The translations under genes were made by a program, and so were the position numbers. From a virus, in the IMG/VR virus record IMGVR_UViG_3300036780_000012, positions 1-64,000 of that record: a stretch of DNA of 64,000 nucleotides. One strand, written 5' to 3'. Position 1 is the stretch's first letter, and each line of letters begins with the position of its first letter. Below the pieces are notes generated by a model, which was not told where the DNA came from, ran no database searches, and saw only the letters and a list, made by a program, of their open reading frames with translations. Positions 1 to 9,842 of the stretch are shown here, piece by piece.

Positions 1-1141
1 TTACCTTGGCTAAACCCGTAGTAAGACTGCCGGTGGTCTGAGTGGATAGTGGACCTAGTCCATTCGATCCCGGAGCGAATGTTCCTAAGAAATTGTTGGG
101 TATCGCATTGGTAGAACTGTAGGAAGTCCCCCACGTATTAGAGCCAGCGTAATTAGCGATCCCAGCAGTACCAGGCCAGGTCATGCCGCCACCGCCACTT
201 TGGGGTACGCAGTCAGATGCCTGAGGAACAAGCACGTTCGCTGCTACGTTACATCCACTGAGAGACTGTAATAATGTAATAACGTCTCCCGCCGCTGCGA
301 TGCTTGGAGCACCTGTACTGGTTGTATTTTTAAGCAGTCCGGTACCTAGCCCCGACAGCAGTACGCCATTGATACCCTTGACGTTGGGAGTAGTGGCAGA
401 GCCGCCCAAGTCAGTATTCAATTCTACTGCGCCCAGTTGACTATTGGTGGCATTGACCGTAGTCACCTGAACATTGTTTCCGGTATCGGACACCGTCGTA
501 TTCGGACCGTTTTGCAGATTAGGATTCCCTAGAGCGCTGCCACCATTGATGGTGAATGTAAAACTACTCGCGCCATTGGAAACGCAAACCGGATGCCCTG
601 TCGTATCGTAGCCTGTGACTACTGTTCCTGTAGCGCATCCAGTGGAATAGATTCCGCCTAACGTCGCAGGATAGGGCGGCGGAAGAACGATAGTCAAAAT
701 AGTGCTTGGAAGATAAGGAGAAAAATTATCGAAGTCGCATGTACCAGCCGTACACCATGCGGAGTTAGGCATCGGCTGAACGCATTGGTAACCCGACTTC
801 GGTCCTCCGAGAACAATTTGGTTAGACGAGTTCTTGACGGTAGTTGAGAAGCATAAGTTTTGCGGCTGCGTGAGTAGCACATTAGCCACGGTGCAGGTTC
901 CAGTAATTGCTCCATTGGAAATAGGGCATACCGTAGGCGCGGTAATCACCTGCCCCCCACCGCCGATTTGATAGCTTACGGCCTGCCCATTCGTTCCTAT
1001 GGCCTGAAATAGTATGGTGCCGGAGGGTAACGGAACGGAGGGCGCAGACTGGATATTACTAGCGGTGACTGTCACCGTATTCTGTGCCATCGCGACCGAG
1101 CCAAGGAACAGCAGGGAAAGCAACACTTTTTTTATGGACAT
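1..1141 (-). CDS. Signal-peptide-bearing, Thr/Gly/Cys-rich tail fibre-like protein (partial, runs off left edge)
   Basis: Hand translation from ATG 1141: MSIKKVLLSLLFLGSVAMAQNTVTVTASN..., open to position 1; absent from ORF track because it has no stop in the window. Confidence 0.75.
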   Translation of the reverse strand, partial: MSIKKVLLSLLFLGSVAMAQNTVTVTASNIQSAPSVPLPSGTILFQAIGTNGQAVSYQIGGGGQVITAPTVCPISNGAITGTCTVANVLLTQPQNLCFSTTVKNSSNQIVLGGPKSGYQCVQPMPNSAWCTAGTCDFDNFSPYLPSTILTIVLPPPYPATLGGIYSTGCATGTVVTGYDTTGHPVCVSNGASSFTFTINGGSALGNPNLQNGPNTTVSDTGNNVQVTTVNATNSQLGAVELNTDLGGSATTPNVKGINGVLLSGLGTGLLKNTTSTGAPSIAAAGDVITLLQSLSGCNVAANVLVPQASDCVPQSGGGGMTWPGTAGIANYAGSNTWGTSYSSTNAIPNNFLGTFAPGSNGLGPLSTQTTGSLTTGLAKV

Positions 1142-1190
1142 TGGATAGTCACTTGTATTACACTGTAGGCATGGAGGAATTTATGCTCAA
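1135..1190. promoter_or_regulatory. Overlapping divergent sigma70-like promoters
   Basis: Plus: TGGACA(1135-1140)-18-TACACT(1159-1164). Minus: TTGAGC(1190-1185)-17-TACAGT(1167-1162). Confidence 0.45.
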
Positions 1191-1740
1191 ATCTAAGCGG
1201 TTAAAACTGGTAGATACTCCGATAACGTTTCGGCCCCCGCAGGAACTCGCGGATAAAATCGACATGCTTGCCGAGAAGGAGAATCGCAGTCGTTCAAACA
1301 TGATGATCGAATTACTCAGAGAGGCTCTACGCAACCATTTGAAATTAATTGCCTGCGCCTTTCTTCTGATAGCGACAACCGCACGAGGCCAGTCTTTACC
1401 GGACGCCCCGAGCGCGACAGTAGATAAACCGTTCCTGACCTTGGTTTCAGTCAACGCTCTATTCACTGGATTGGACGCATTCACGACGCTTACTCGTATC
1501 GGTCCACATCAATTCTGTACGTACGAGGCTAACAATCCCGAACTGTACGGGCGGCATCCATATGTCGCTCGTGTTACCTTAGTCATGGGCGGAATGACAG
1601 CGGCTGGCATACTGGCGTCCTACGAATTGAAGCGGCATCGAGTTCGCATATGGAGGATTCCGCTTTGGGAGTTGCCTGCTGGATACGATGCTTACGGTCA
1701 TGCGTTAGGAGCTACTCATAACTTCACTTATTGCCGTTAA
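1183..1740 (+). CDS. Ribbon-helix-helix (Arc/CopG-like) domain fused to a signal/TM segment and a DUF5658-like membrane domain
   Basis: SD GGAGG at 1173-1177; PITFRPPQELADKIDMLAEKENRSRSNMMIELLREAL, then a hydrophobic stretch, QSLPDAPS and D-x2-TT...E-x-N-N-P. Confidence 0.7.
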   Translation: MLKSKRLKLVDTPITFRPPQELADKIDMLAEKENRSRSNMMIELLREALRNHLKLIACAFLLIATTARGQSLPDAPSATVDKPFLTLVSVNALFTGLDAFTTLTRIGPHQFCTYEANNPELYGRHPYVARVTLVMGGMTAAGILASYELKRHRVRIWRIPLWELPAGYDAYGHALGATHNFTYCR

Positions 1741-1745
1741 TGCCA

Positions 1746-2495
1746 TCAGGCGGTTGGCCCCATATATTCGACTTTGATGTGTAGCGAATACCGCATTTCG
1801 TCGCCTGAGCCGGGACTGGAATAGGCCGTACTAAATCCGATACCCGCTCCGGCTCGGCAATTTAGTAATACCGGAATGCCCCATAGTCCAGAGGTATTAG
1901 TGTTGCCGGAGTTCGAAGTCGTTATCCCCCCCGCATTAGTCTGAGCTGCAGCTACTACGCCAATAGGAACATCTTCGACATTGTCCGTATACCAGATAGT
2001 TAATGGTCCTAGGGTACTGCCGACTCCACCGGGTAGTGTTACTAATGCTGCCCACGATACTCTGTAGATCCCATTCGCAGGAGGTACGTACAAAGTAGAT
2101 ACCGGTGGTACGGCTCCAATTAACGCGTCTACATCGTAGACCGCTACTACCTGCGGTACGAATGGAACAATCTTCGACGCTGGGATATTGGATAATTGAG
2201 TATAGGAGATAGTGTCGGCGGTCGTAAGTATGTTAGCTAAGATGGATTGTAGCGTGGCTATTGCGGTACTCGGGTTGCCTGATCCATCGTTCGGACTGAA
2301 CCCTTTCCCAACTAGTGAATTAGCGAACGCCTCCAGCCACGTCGTCAATTGATAGAATAGTTTATTCGCCAATGCACTAGCAAAAGGGCTATTGATTGCC
2401 GCGCCTCCGGTGCGTTGCGCATCCGTAGCGTAGGCTGTATCCGACTCCTGATTACTTGCCGGAGGATTCCACTGTTTAAAATTAGTACTTGCCAT
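1746..2495 (-). CDS. Tail fibre protein
   Basis: N-terminal baseplate-anchor motif (NFKQW...ASALANKLFYQ); directly downstream of DUF2612-like gene. Confidence 0.7.
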   Translation of the reverse strand: MASTNFKQWNPPASNQESDTAYATDAQRTGGAAINSPFASALANKLFYQLTTWLEAFANSLVGKGFSPNDGSGNPSTAIATLQSILANILTTADTISYTQLSNIPASKIVPFVPQVVAVYDVDALIGAVPPVSTLYVPPANGIYRVSWAALVTLPGGVGSTLGPLTIWYTDNVEDVPIGVVAAAQTNAGGITTSNSGNTNTSGLWGIPVLLNCRAGAGIGFSTAYSSPGSGDEMRYSLHIKVEYMGPTA

Positions 2496-2524
2496 TTAGG
2501 ATTGTCGCTTCCTTTTATAGATGA

Positions 2525-3415
2525 TTACGACCACGATCCTACGTCGAATCCAGCAATGAATGTAGGGTTGAGATTGTCGAACCCGAATATCGGCAAGGTT
2601 GCGAACTCATAGGTATACTGCACCGCCTCAGGTCGCGGCACGATTAAACCATTTTCAATCATCTGCTGCTGAAGCGGGGAAAACGAGCCTACCAGAAATA
2701 CGGTGCATGTCATGTTCTGATTATCAGTGATATAGATTCGCCCACCGGGAAATATTACCTGCCACGGCTGCCATAGGCTCCCCGCCTGCCCATCCCAATT
2801 ATTCTGCAGAATCTTAGCTTGAATCAGGGTCAGATAGTCAGAGTCGTCCAAAATTGGACTTAGAGCAACGGCTAGAGGCGCGCTGATAGCATGATTCTTG
2901 GTAAATATTGCGTTAAACAATGTACCGAATGCATTGACCGAAGTAACGGTCACGGTCTCCTGATTGGACCCAGAATCGACCAGCATCTGTGTTATGCCTG
3001 GTACTAGCCCAATCATCGGAGTGTTGGGGAATGCGCCTTGAGGAGACGGGTTGGCGGTAATCGCATTCTGCAGGGTCGAGGTAATCGAGGTGGGAGTAAA
3101 CGGCAATATTCGACTTGCTCCGATCACCGTACCTACTGCGTCCAGTTGTACTCCTTGCGCTACTGGGCCAATCGCAGGATTGATATTGAATGCAGATCCT
3201 AGACCTATCGCACAAAACGCTACGTCGATGAATGGTTGCGCTAGGAGGGCAATGAATGCCTGCAGGTTAGGCGCATTCGCACCCTTGTACTGACTGGTAA
3301 GCAGACTTAGGTAGCAAGACAGAGCAGTACTACCACCGCCATAGCCGCCTTGCCCATAGCCGCCTTCGTTGTAGGCTTCCGCGAGCGTACCGATACAAGG
3401 TGAGTTTGTCGCCAT
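2525..3415 (-). CDS. Baseplate wedge protein (DUF2612-like) with inserted beta domain
   Basis: YLSLLTSQY, AQGVQLDAVG, LDDSDYLTLIQAKILQNNWDG, DNQNMT, FGFD...GFD.GSW motifs. Confidence 0.85.
   Translation of the reverse strand: MATNSPCIGTLAEAYNEGGYGQGGYGGGSTALSCYLSLLTSQYKGANAPNLQAFIALLAQPFIDVAFCAIGLGSAFNINPAIGPVAQGVQLDAVGTVIGASRILPFTPTSITSTLQNAITANPSPQGAFPNTPMIGLVPGITQMLVDSGSNQETVTVTSVNAFGTLFNAIFTKNHAISAPLAVALSPILDDSDYLTLIQAKILQNNWDGQAGSLWQPWQVIFPGGRIYITDNQNMTCTVFLVGSFSPLQQQMIENGLIVPRPEAVQYTYEFATLPIFGFDNLNPTFIAGFDVGSWS
2846..2859. repeat. Dispersed palindrome copy 1 (GTCCAAAATTGGAC)
   Basis: Inside DUF2612-like gene, read as SPILD. Confidence 0.85.
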
Positions 3416-6400
3416 TATTGCAACAGGTAAACGAAAATGTCAGATCGGGTATAGCCGACTACGTCTTTACCCAGTAATCCCAGCATAGAGGAGGTTTGCT
3501 CCCAGAGTGTGCCGTCCTGCGATACCGATCCGATGCCATCCCCCGCCTGAAATATCTGGATCGTATCGAACGGCCCAACATTCCCGCTTCCACAACCACC
3601 GCTCCCTAAGTTGCCGATACCTAGGATGAAGTTATGACCAAACCTACGTACCGTCCCTGCCGACCCTCCAGACGTGATCATAGCCCATACTTCGTTCTGT
3701 CCCATGCTGGTGAAAGTAGAAGTAGTGGCTGAAGTGCTGTAGTTATTATTGGAAGTAGAACCGATCCAAGGCTGCGTATCGCCCGAAGTTGCATTGCGCC
3801 AACTGAAGTGGTTGTCGCAGTTCGCCGCAGCGGCTGCACCGGTGTTGCCAGATACCGCTAAACTCATTTCGTCCAAATAGGCGCTTACCGTAGTCGCCGT
3901 ATAGCCTGCATCAATCTGGAACTGGATACCAATATTATCCGTCTCGGATACCGGAGCCGATGGTTCGGTAAGGTTAAGGGTATGTACTACTCCATCAACG
4001 GTGAGGCTATCGTAATACATACAAGGATTGCCGCCAGTACAGGAGGTATCACCAGGAACGCGGTGAGTAGCCCATACTACTGAATGCCAAGCAGCCGCCG
4101 TGGTAAGCAATGTACAAGGGACTGTAGTCGTTACCCAGGAGGTCGTGTATTGATTCCAGATTCTCCAGTAGCCCCCAGCCAATGTCGATGAATCACACTC
4201 CGAACCCATCATAAAACGCTGCCCACCTAGGAACTGGAACTGGTCAAATTCTAATGCTTGAATTGTAGATACCGTAGGCAGATAGACGTTATAAGTCCCG
4301 AGAAATGATGTAGCCGAACTGTTAGCCCCGACCTTGTTAGGCCATAACACATTAGTGGTCTGGCCGGAGGATAGTCCTGATTGCGCCGTGAATCCCACTT
4401 CCATACTCTCGCCATCCAGCGATGGTGATGCATTGTTGATAGTCTGAAAATAAGCGGTAGCCGTGCCTGTTCCTCCTGCACAACTTGGTCCATAACACGG
4501 CATCGGGTACTGCCATCCGCTTAACGAATCATCCAGGTTAGGGAAGGTATTGGTAAACGATCCGGACGTTGGCACGGTTCCAGTAGAAGGGTAGGGAGTG
4601 ACAGAATTCGCCGACTGCGGGGGGAATTGATAGAAATATGGATTGGCGGTAATCGCCATATTGTGATAGCCGACAGCATCATGGCCACCGACGCATAGAT
4701 TTGGACCTTGAACAGTAGTAGCGGAGCAGATTGCCTGGTGTAGAGTACCGGACTCGGAGAATATCTGGACATTGCCGCATCCTACGCCTGTAGATGCCCC
4801 CGACATCAATATCCACTCACCATCGTGGGCGATGAATCCATCGTGTTGCCGCATCAGTACGCATCCAGAGTCAAGTGTACCGGTGGCGCTGGACGACCAT
4901 GCACCCGTTCCGGTTGAGGTCCCTAGATAGGTGTTATAAACCTGACAGGCGGCAGGCGATAATTGCAGAACTACCCAGAATATGCCCGTACCCTGACCAC
5001 CTAGAACGGCTACCGATACCCCTGTCCCGGTCGCGCCAGCATATATAGTGGTAAGCGTACCCGATAAGCCGCCTGCATTAACCGAGGCAATAACGTAGAT
5101 GACTCCATTAATCTTGATCTGCGCGTATACGTCCGCACCATTAGTCAACAGGGCTTTAGGACCAGTCAAAGTAAATGCATTCGAGCCATTAGTGACAGCA
5201 ATCGTATCCACCCCGGCATTGATTGCCACTACTGGTGTAATATCGAAAGAGAAGATATTATCATTTACGTCGTGCGAAAATCCTCCGGAGTACTGCTGGC
5301 CGAATTGGATACCGTTTAGCAGTGGACAACTAGCCCCCACGTCCAGCACTGTAGTACGCGTGCCTGTTGGGACATGACCCGTTCCCCCATCTAATTCAAT
5401 AGCGTATATCTTAGGATCGCCAGCGCAGCCGCTGCAACTACTGTCGGGGGCTTCCATAAAGAACTTCTTATGATCCTGGTCACTGAATGCACTAAGGCCA
5501 TTCGGAGTCCCGAACTGTGGAGAACTGGTAGTTGGTAACGGCGCTACTACCTGTGGTGCTCCTCCAGCACCACTCTTAGTGATACCGAGCACGTATGGGA
5601 TACCACCGTATAGAACCGACATATAGTACAGAGTAGCGCCAGAACAATCGCCAGAAGTATCGGTTCGCCCGGTGCAGGACCATGTCTCGTCATTGTCACC
5701 ACCGGACGGGGTAGCTTGGATAGCATGGCCGCTAAGTTCCGTACAGTCAGTAGCACGAAGAATTGGGTCTACTCCCGAAGGGTTAATACTTGTATCGTAG
5801 CCAATAGAATTATATAGGCCATTGCCGGAACCGTTCGATGTTCCAGCCACACAGGTAGTACCATTCGAAGAAGAAGTATTAAACGGAGGAACTGGTGTCT
5901 GTATAACACTAGCGGAATTAGAGGAACAACCATAATTTGTTAGTGGTCCGCAACTGGCGGTCGAGGTGATATTAACGCTAACCTGAATGCTGGCGTTAAG
6001 ACCGACATTGTCGGTTACCTTTACTGTAGCGCTGCATGTTCCGCTTACGGCGGTTCCGGTAAGCGTGCCTGTATTGCTGGAATTGCCTAACGTAAGTCCG
6101 CAGGCAGTGAACGATCCGCTCGTGACTGACCAGGTATAGGGCAACGTCCCACCGATAGCTGAAAACGGAGGGGATAAAGCATAAGCCACTCCGTTAGTAC
6201 CGGAAGGTAGCGCGCATGGCTGTGTGACGCAAGTCGGAGTAGTGATCGTAGGTACTCCAGTGACGGTCAGGACAGCCGTTCCAACTACGGCAACTATGGA
6301 GATAGTACTTGTATAAGTTATGGTAGTAGTACCAGACGTCAGTCCAGTAGCCAGACCGGTCTGGTCAACCGTAGCTACCGCAGGATTAGAACTACTCCAC

Positions 6401-6636
6401 GTGCAACTATTAGACGGCACATTGCAGTTATATGGAAGAGGGGCATTAGACGTACCGTCCTGTAATTGGGACAGTGGACTACTGGTAGACCCAAATGCGT
6501 TAGTAGCACCCACTGGAATAGTAGCGGACTGCAGGATGGCAGAGAGTACGGGATTAGGTTGGCCGCCAATAACAGTTCCTTGACCAAACGCTGGTGCCAC
6601 CATCCATAATATAGCGAGTAATATTTTCTTCATCAT
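3415..6636 (-). CDS. Large Cys-rich exported-type protein with Ig-like (Big_2/He_PIG) repeats and a ConA/LamG-like insert
   Basis: MMKKILLAILWMVAPAFGQ signal peptide; TWSSSNPAVATVDQTGLATG (Big_2); GGTLPYTWSVTSG (He_PIG). Confidence 0.75.
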   Translation of the reverse strand: MMKKILLAILWMVAPAFGQGTVIGGQPNPVLSAILQSATIPVGATNAFGSTSSPLSQLQDGTSNAPLPYNCNVPSNSCTWSSSNPAVATVDQTGLATGLTSGTTTITYTSTISIVAVVGTAVLTVTGVPTITTPTCVTQPCALPSGTNGVAYALSPPFSAIGGTLPYTWSVTSGSFTACGLTLGNSSNTGTLTGTAVSGTCSATVKVTDNVGLNASIQVSVNITSTASCGPLTNYGCSSNSASVIQTPVPPFNTSSSNGTTCVAGTSNGSGNGLYNSIGYDTSINPSGVDPILRATDCTELSGHAIQATPSGGDNDETWSCTGRTDTSGDCSGATLYYMSVLYGGIPYVLGITKSGAGGAPQVVAPLPTTSSPQFGTPNGLSAFSDQDHKKFFMEAPDSSCSGCAGDPKIYAIELDGGTGHVPTGTRTTVLDVGASCPLLNGIQFGQQYSGGFSHDVNDNIFSFDITPVVAINAGVDTIAVTNGSNAFTLTGPKALLTNGADVYAQIKINGVIYVIASVNAGGLSGTLTTIYAGATGTGVSVAVLGGQGTGIFWVVLQLSPAACQVYNTYLGTSTGTGAWSSSATGTLDSGCVLMRQHDGFIAHDGEWILMSGASTGVGCGNVQIFSESGTLHQAICSATTVQGPNLCVGGHDAVGYHNMAITANPYFYQFPPQSANSVTPYPSTGTVPTSGSFTNTFPNLDDSLSGWQYPMPCYGPSCAGGTGTATAYFQTINNASPSLDGESMEVGFTAQSGLSSGQTTNVLWPNKVGANSSATSFLGTYNVYLPTVSTIQALEFDQFQFLGGQRFMMGSECDSSTLAGGYWRIWNQYTTSWVTTTVPCTLLTTAAAWHSVVWATHRVPGDTSCTGGNPCMYYDSLTVDGVVHTLNLTEPSAPVSETDNIGIQFQIDAGYTATTVSAYLDEMSLAVSGNTGAAAAANCDNHFSWRNATSGDTQPWIGSTSNNNYSTSATTSTFTSMGQNEVWAMITSGGSAGTVRRFGHNFILGIGNLGSGGCGSGNVGPFDTIQIFQAGDGIGSVSQDGTLWEQTSSMLGLLGKDVVGYTRSDIFVYLLQ

Positions 6637-7325
6637 TTCGCCGCCACGGTCCAATTCGTGCCATTACAGAAAGCCAGTACCGCATCCGAACCACCGCCAG
6701 CTATCGTTGCCCCCCAGGTATTCGTAGTAGAGTCGGAAACCGTCTTTATCGCACCCATAATATTAGATACGCAAGCAGGCAGTGAGGTAAATATTGCTGG
6801 TTGGAATATTTGCGGCTGCGTGTAAGTCTGAGTAAGATTGAGGAATGCAAACGCCCGACCGAATCCATTCGGTCCGTTCGGGTAGAAGTAAAGAGAGTTA
6901 TTACTACTCAGTTCACAGATATAGTCTGGGTAACCGAAGGCCGCCAAATTGAATGCGCAGTATGAATCCGGCGTGAGGGCTAGATAGGACACACCAGATA
7001 CTTGTAGCGGTCCCGGTACTGGATTGGTAAATCCTCCGCAGCCAACACATGCCCCATTAACCGTCAAACTACCATTAATCACCAAACTACCGGGGAGGGG
7101 CTGTATGCCGCTCAAGTATGAATCCAGCATATCGAAGTTAGCATTCAGAAGAGTACCCCAGTTAGCCGCACCGCTTATGGGGAGATTTAATCCTAAATTG
7201 GGTGTAACTGGAGCCGTTACAGTTCGCAATATTGGCGGCGGAGGTTGCGAAGAAATAGTCTTATGTGGGCGGAGACACCCCGTAGTCACGACCAATAATA
7301 AAAGTAAGCCGTATACTTTCTTCAT
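6633..7325 (-). CDS. Lipoprotein-signal protein containing a tail-fibre-type anchor motif
   Basis: MKKVYGLLLLLVVTTGC lipobox-like start; TPNLGLNLP...WG...NANFDMLD fibre N-terminal motif; C-terminal AFCNGTNWT. Confidence 0.65.
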   Translation of the reverse strand: MKKVYGLLLLLVVTTGCLRPHKTISSQPPPPILRTVTAPVTPNLGLNLPISGAANWGTLLNANFDMLDSYLSGIQPLPGSLVINGSLTVNGACVGCGGFTNPVPGPLQVSGVSYLALTPDSYCAFNLAAFGYPDYICELSSNNSLYFYPNGPNGFGRAFAFLNLTQTYTQPQIFQPAIFTSLPACVSNIMGAIKTVSDSTTNTWGATIAGGGSDAVLAFCNGTNWTVAAK

Positions 7326-7335
7326 GGTTTAGCCT

Positions 7336-8226
7336 TTAAGCCCAAACGATACCGCTATCCTCAGCCAGTACCCTCTCTCGCGGCCCACTCGATTGTTCGT
7401 CATAGTCATCCCATGTGAGAATCGCGATTACAGGAACAGCGGGATTAATCGTTGCTAACTGTTGCTGTGCGAACTGGCCGGAGAACGAGTCTAGTACTCG
7501 GTTAGGCGCATCCCCCCAGACGCCTACATTCCAATTACACACACCACCCGCTGCATCAAATGCCGCCTGAGTAGCTACGCCTGCAGGGAGCGGCTGGCCA
7601 GAATCGTTGAAACTCTTGCAGAACGACGCAATCCTCATTGCCGGATTCGCGTGCTGCGTTTTGATATTGGCTACTGATGCGGTATTGCGCACGAAGCTAT
7701 CCGTAATTTTAGGAATACTGATCCATGAAAAGCCGGAGTTCATAGGTAAGAAACTGAGCGAAGGAAACGTCTTAGCTAACGTCGCTAAGTTCGCACCCGT
7801 GTTAAAGTCGAGAAGCCATTTCTCCGGGACATAACTCGTAGCGTTCAACATTCCTTGCGTGGTTGAGGCTTGCAGTGCGGCGATTGCATTGGCTGTAGTC
7901 GCAGCCGGAGTAGGATTAGCTACCCACTTCTGCATTCCGCCAGGATCGAGTAGTAGCGCAAACTGCATTCCGAACTCTACGCAAAGGGATGAGAACAATA
8001 GAGCATCACCATTGGCCCATGGACCCTGCCACGTGCCGATGACTAAATCTACTCCATCGGATTGCATCAGTTTTAGTTTCTGCACCACTACGGCCTCCGT
8101 ATAGGCGGTAGCGACGTAGGGGATAGCCCGATGGACAGAGGAGTTTCCGTTGTAGCAGACATGGTGTGCGGCTAGTCGTCCATTCCATGTTGGTAACGCC
8201 TGCTGTACTAATTGCTTAGAGTTCAT
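7336..8226 (-). CDS. Glycoside hydrolase-like TIM barrel (GH99/GH71-like)
   Basis: Pattern QKLKLMQSDGVDLVIGTW...FALLLD...ILTWDDYDE. Confidence 0.55.
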   Translation of the reverse strand: MNSKQLVQQALPTWNGRLAAHHVCYNGNSSVHRAIPYVATAYTEAVVVQKLKLMQSDGVDLVIGTWQGPWANGDALLFSSLCVEFGMQFALLLDPGGMQKWVANPTPAATTANAIAALQASTTQGMLNATSYVPEKWLLDFNTGANLATLAKTFPSLSFLPMNSGFSWISIPKITDSFVRNTASVANIKTQHANPAMRIASFCKSFNDSGQPLPAGVATQAAFDAAGGVCNWNVGVWGDAPNRVLDSFSGQFAQQQLATINPAVPVIAILTWDDYDEQSSGPRERVLAEDSGIVWA

Positions 8227-8234
8227 AATTTCTC

Positions 8235-9437
8235 CTATACGGAATTCACCGCAACGTTGCCCGTTACCCCTTGAGCCTGAGCATAAAAATTTAGCGATAT
8301 ATCCGTAATTGTTGTCGGGGTAGGCGTAGTAGCGAGATACAGAGTCTCCACCCGTACAATCGGAACTGACGGGTTAGGATTAACCGACATTGCAGCGGCG
8401 ATTAAAGATGTCCAATTCACCGACTCACCGATACCCAAACTATTCAGATAGTTTACAATCGCCGTCTTAATAGCTGCTATCGTGGCTGACGATCCCCCTA
8501 ACAATAAGTTGGCATTGCAGATTACATATATCGCGGTCGCCGTGGGTCGGTTAAAACTTACCGAGATAGCGATGTTCGTATTTGGGTCTACTACTGTCAC
8601 AGTTACTACGGTCCCGTCTGAATTTCCATTCATTAACACACCAAGGCCGCGCTTGTTATAGATGGCCGTGGCGACATCCAGATCAGTTCCGCCCGCGACT
8701 ACCGCAGTAATCGAATGTCCGGGATTGCCGAACCCATCCGTAGACCCGGTCGTATTCTCTAAAATATTCGCCTCGGTAACACCTTCGACAGCTAGTACCG
8801 CCGCCAAGGTTCCTGCCAGAGGTGTCAAGGATGGCAGTTCCGTACTCACTGCCTGTCGCGCTCGTAATGCCGAGTCTGACTCTACCGGACTACCGATGTT
8901 CGCCGTATTCGAGCCGTTTGTAACGCTAGTCCAGCCCGAGGTAGGCGTATTGATTACTGTTAATTGATTAGCAAGAGCGTTAATTGCGCCCGATGCTTGC
9001 GCTGTAGCGGTCACAGTGACCGTTCCTCCCCCGCCTATCGTTACCGTAGCGGGCAAGTTCCAAAGATCGCCAGTGGCGGCATTCTGTACCACTCCATTCG
9101 TAATTACCGCCCCTGCCGTTCCAGTCAGCGTTACTTGGCATGTCGAGAATGTAGAGATAAGCCGCTGCAATCCGTTGTTGGCTACGACAGTTGATAGCCC
9201 TGCTCCGATTGCCGTAGTAGGCGATTGCTGATTGTAAGCCAGTTGCAGGGCAGAATTAGAGTCTGCCGCAAGTATCGCCACTATACTTAGCAACTGGAAA
9301 TCCGCATCGTCATTTCCTAGCGCAGCCGTTACTCCGTAGATCGACTGATAACCAGCTACAAGGTAGTCCAGAATAGTGGGATACGAATTGATACTTAGCC
9401 CTGCGGGACCGACTGAGGGCGCGGCGTAGCTTCCCAC
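8235..9437 (-). CDS. Baseplate J/gp47 family protein
   Basis: PTTAIGAGL, ESDSALRARQ and VEGV...ENTTG...PGHSI motifs; synteny. Confidence 0.9.
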   Translation of the reverse strand: MGSYAAPSVGPAGLSINSYPTILDYLVAGYQSIYGVTAALGNDDADFQLLSIVAILAADSNSALQLAYNQQSPTTAIGAGLSTVVANNGLQRLISTFSTCQVTLTGTAGAVITNGVVQNAATGDLWNLPATVTIGGGGTVTVTATAQASGAINALANQLTVINTPTSGWTSVTNGSNTANIGSPVESDSALRARQAVSTELPSLTPLAGTLAAVLAVEGVTEANILENTTGSTDGFGNPGHSITAVVAGGTDLDVATAIYNKRGLGVLMNGNSDGTVVTVTVVDPNTNIAISVSFNRPTATAIYVICNANLLLGGSSATIAAIKTAIVNYLNSLGIGESVNWTSLIAAAMSVNPNPSVPIVRVETLYLATTPTPTTITDISLNFYAQAQGVTGNVAVNSV

Positions 9438-9842
9438 TTAGATCAAAGCTCCCGTAGTAGCCGGAATCGAAAAGTTCACTAGCGGCACTTGTCCGAACTG
9501 AGTATTCACCGTTGCACTGTAGTAGTACGTCCGCGTCTGAGGATTAAATATGACCCCAACTCCATTTACGGTGATGACGTATGGCGTTCCCTGAATGCGC
9601 GCCGTGATGACGGAGGCGATCTGTTGTTGGCTTTGCTGACTTCCAGGTTGACTTAGGATGCTCTGCCAAAGCGGTAAGCCGTCTGTCAGATCGGTCCACC
9701 ATTCACCTTGGAATAATAATAGACGCGTGCCTATGATCTGCTCTACCGCTGCCAAGTCCGATATAAAATTGGACTGCCCCGAACCCCATACCGGATCATG
9801 GTTCGGTCCTAACTGGCGAACGGTGATTGTAGGAGAACTCAT
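9438..9842 (-). CDS. Baseplate wedge/gp25-like protein
   Basis: TRLLLFQGEWW.DL..GLP motif; ends VNTQFG. Confidence 0.8.
   Translation of the reverse strand: MSSPTITVRQLGPNHDPVWGSGQSNFISDLAAVEQIIGTRLLLFQGEWWTDLTDGLPLWQSILSQPGSQQSQQQIASVITARIQGTPYVITVNGVGVIFNPQTRTYYYSATVNTQFGQVPLVNFSIPATTGALI

Noticed and set aside
1-8226. Diversity-generating retroelement or invertible fibre cassette
   Set aside because: No reverse transcriptase, invertase or TR/VR repeat pair seen in the window
9761-9776. Half-site ATATAAAATTGGACTG (and 35873-35885 GTCTAATTTTGAC)
   Set aside because: Three mismatches or a 1-nt deletion; not counted among the 11 copies
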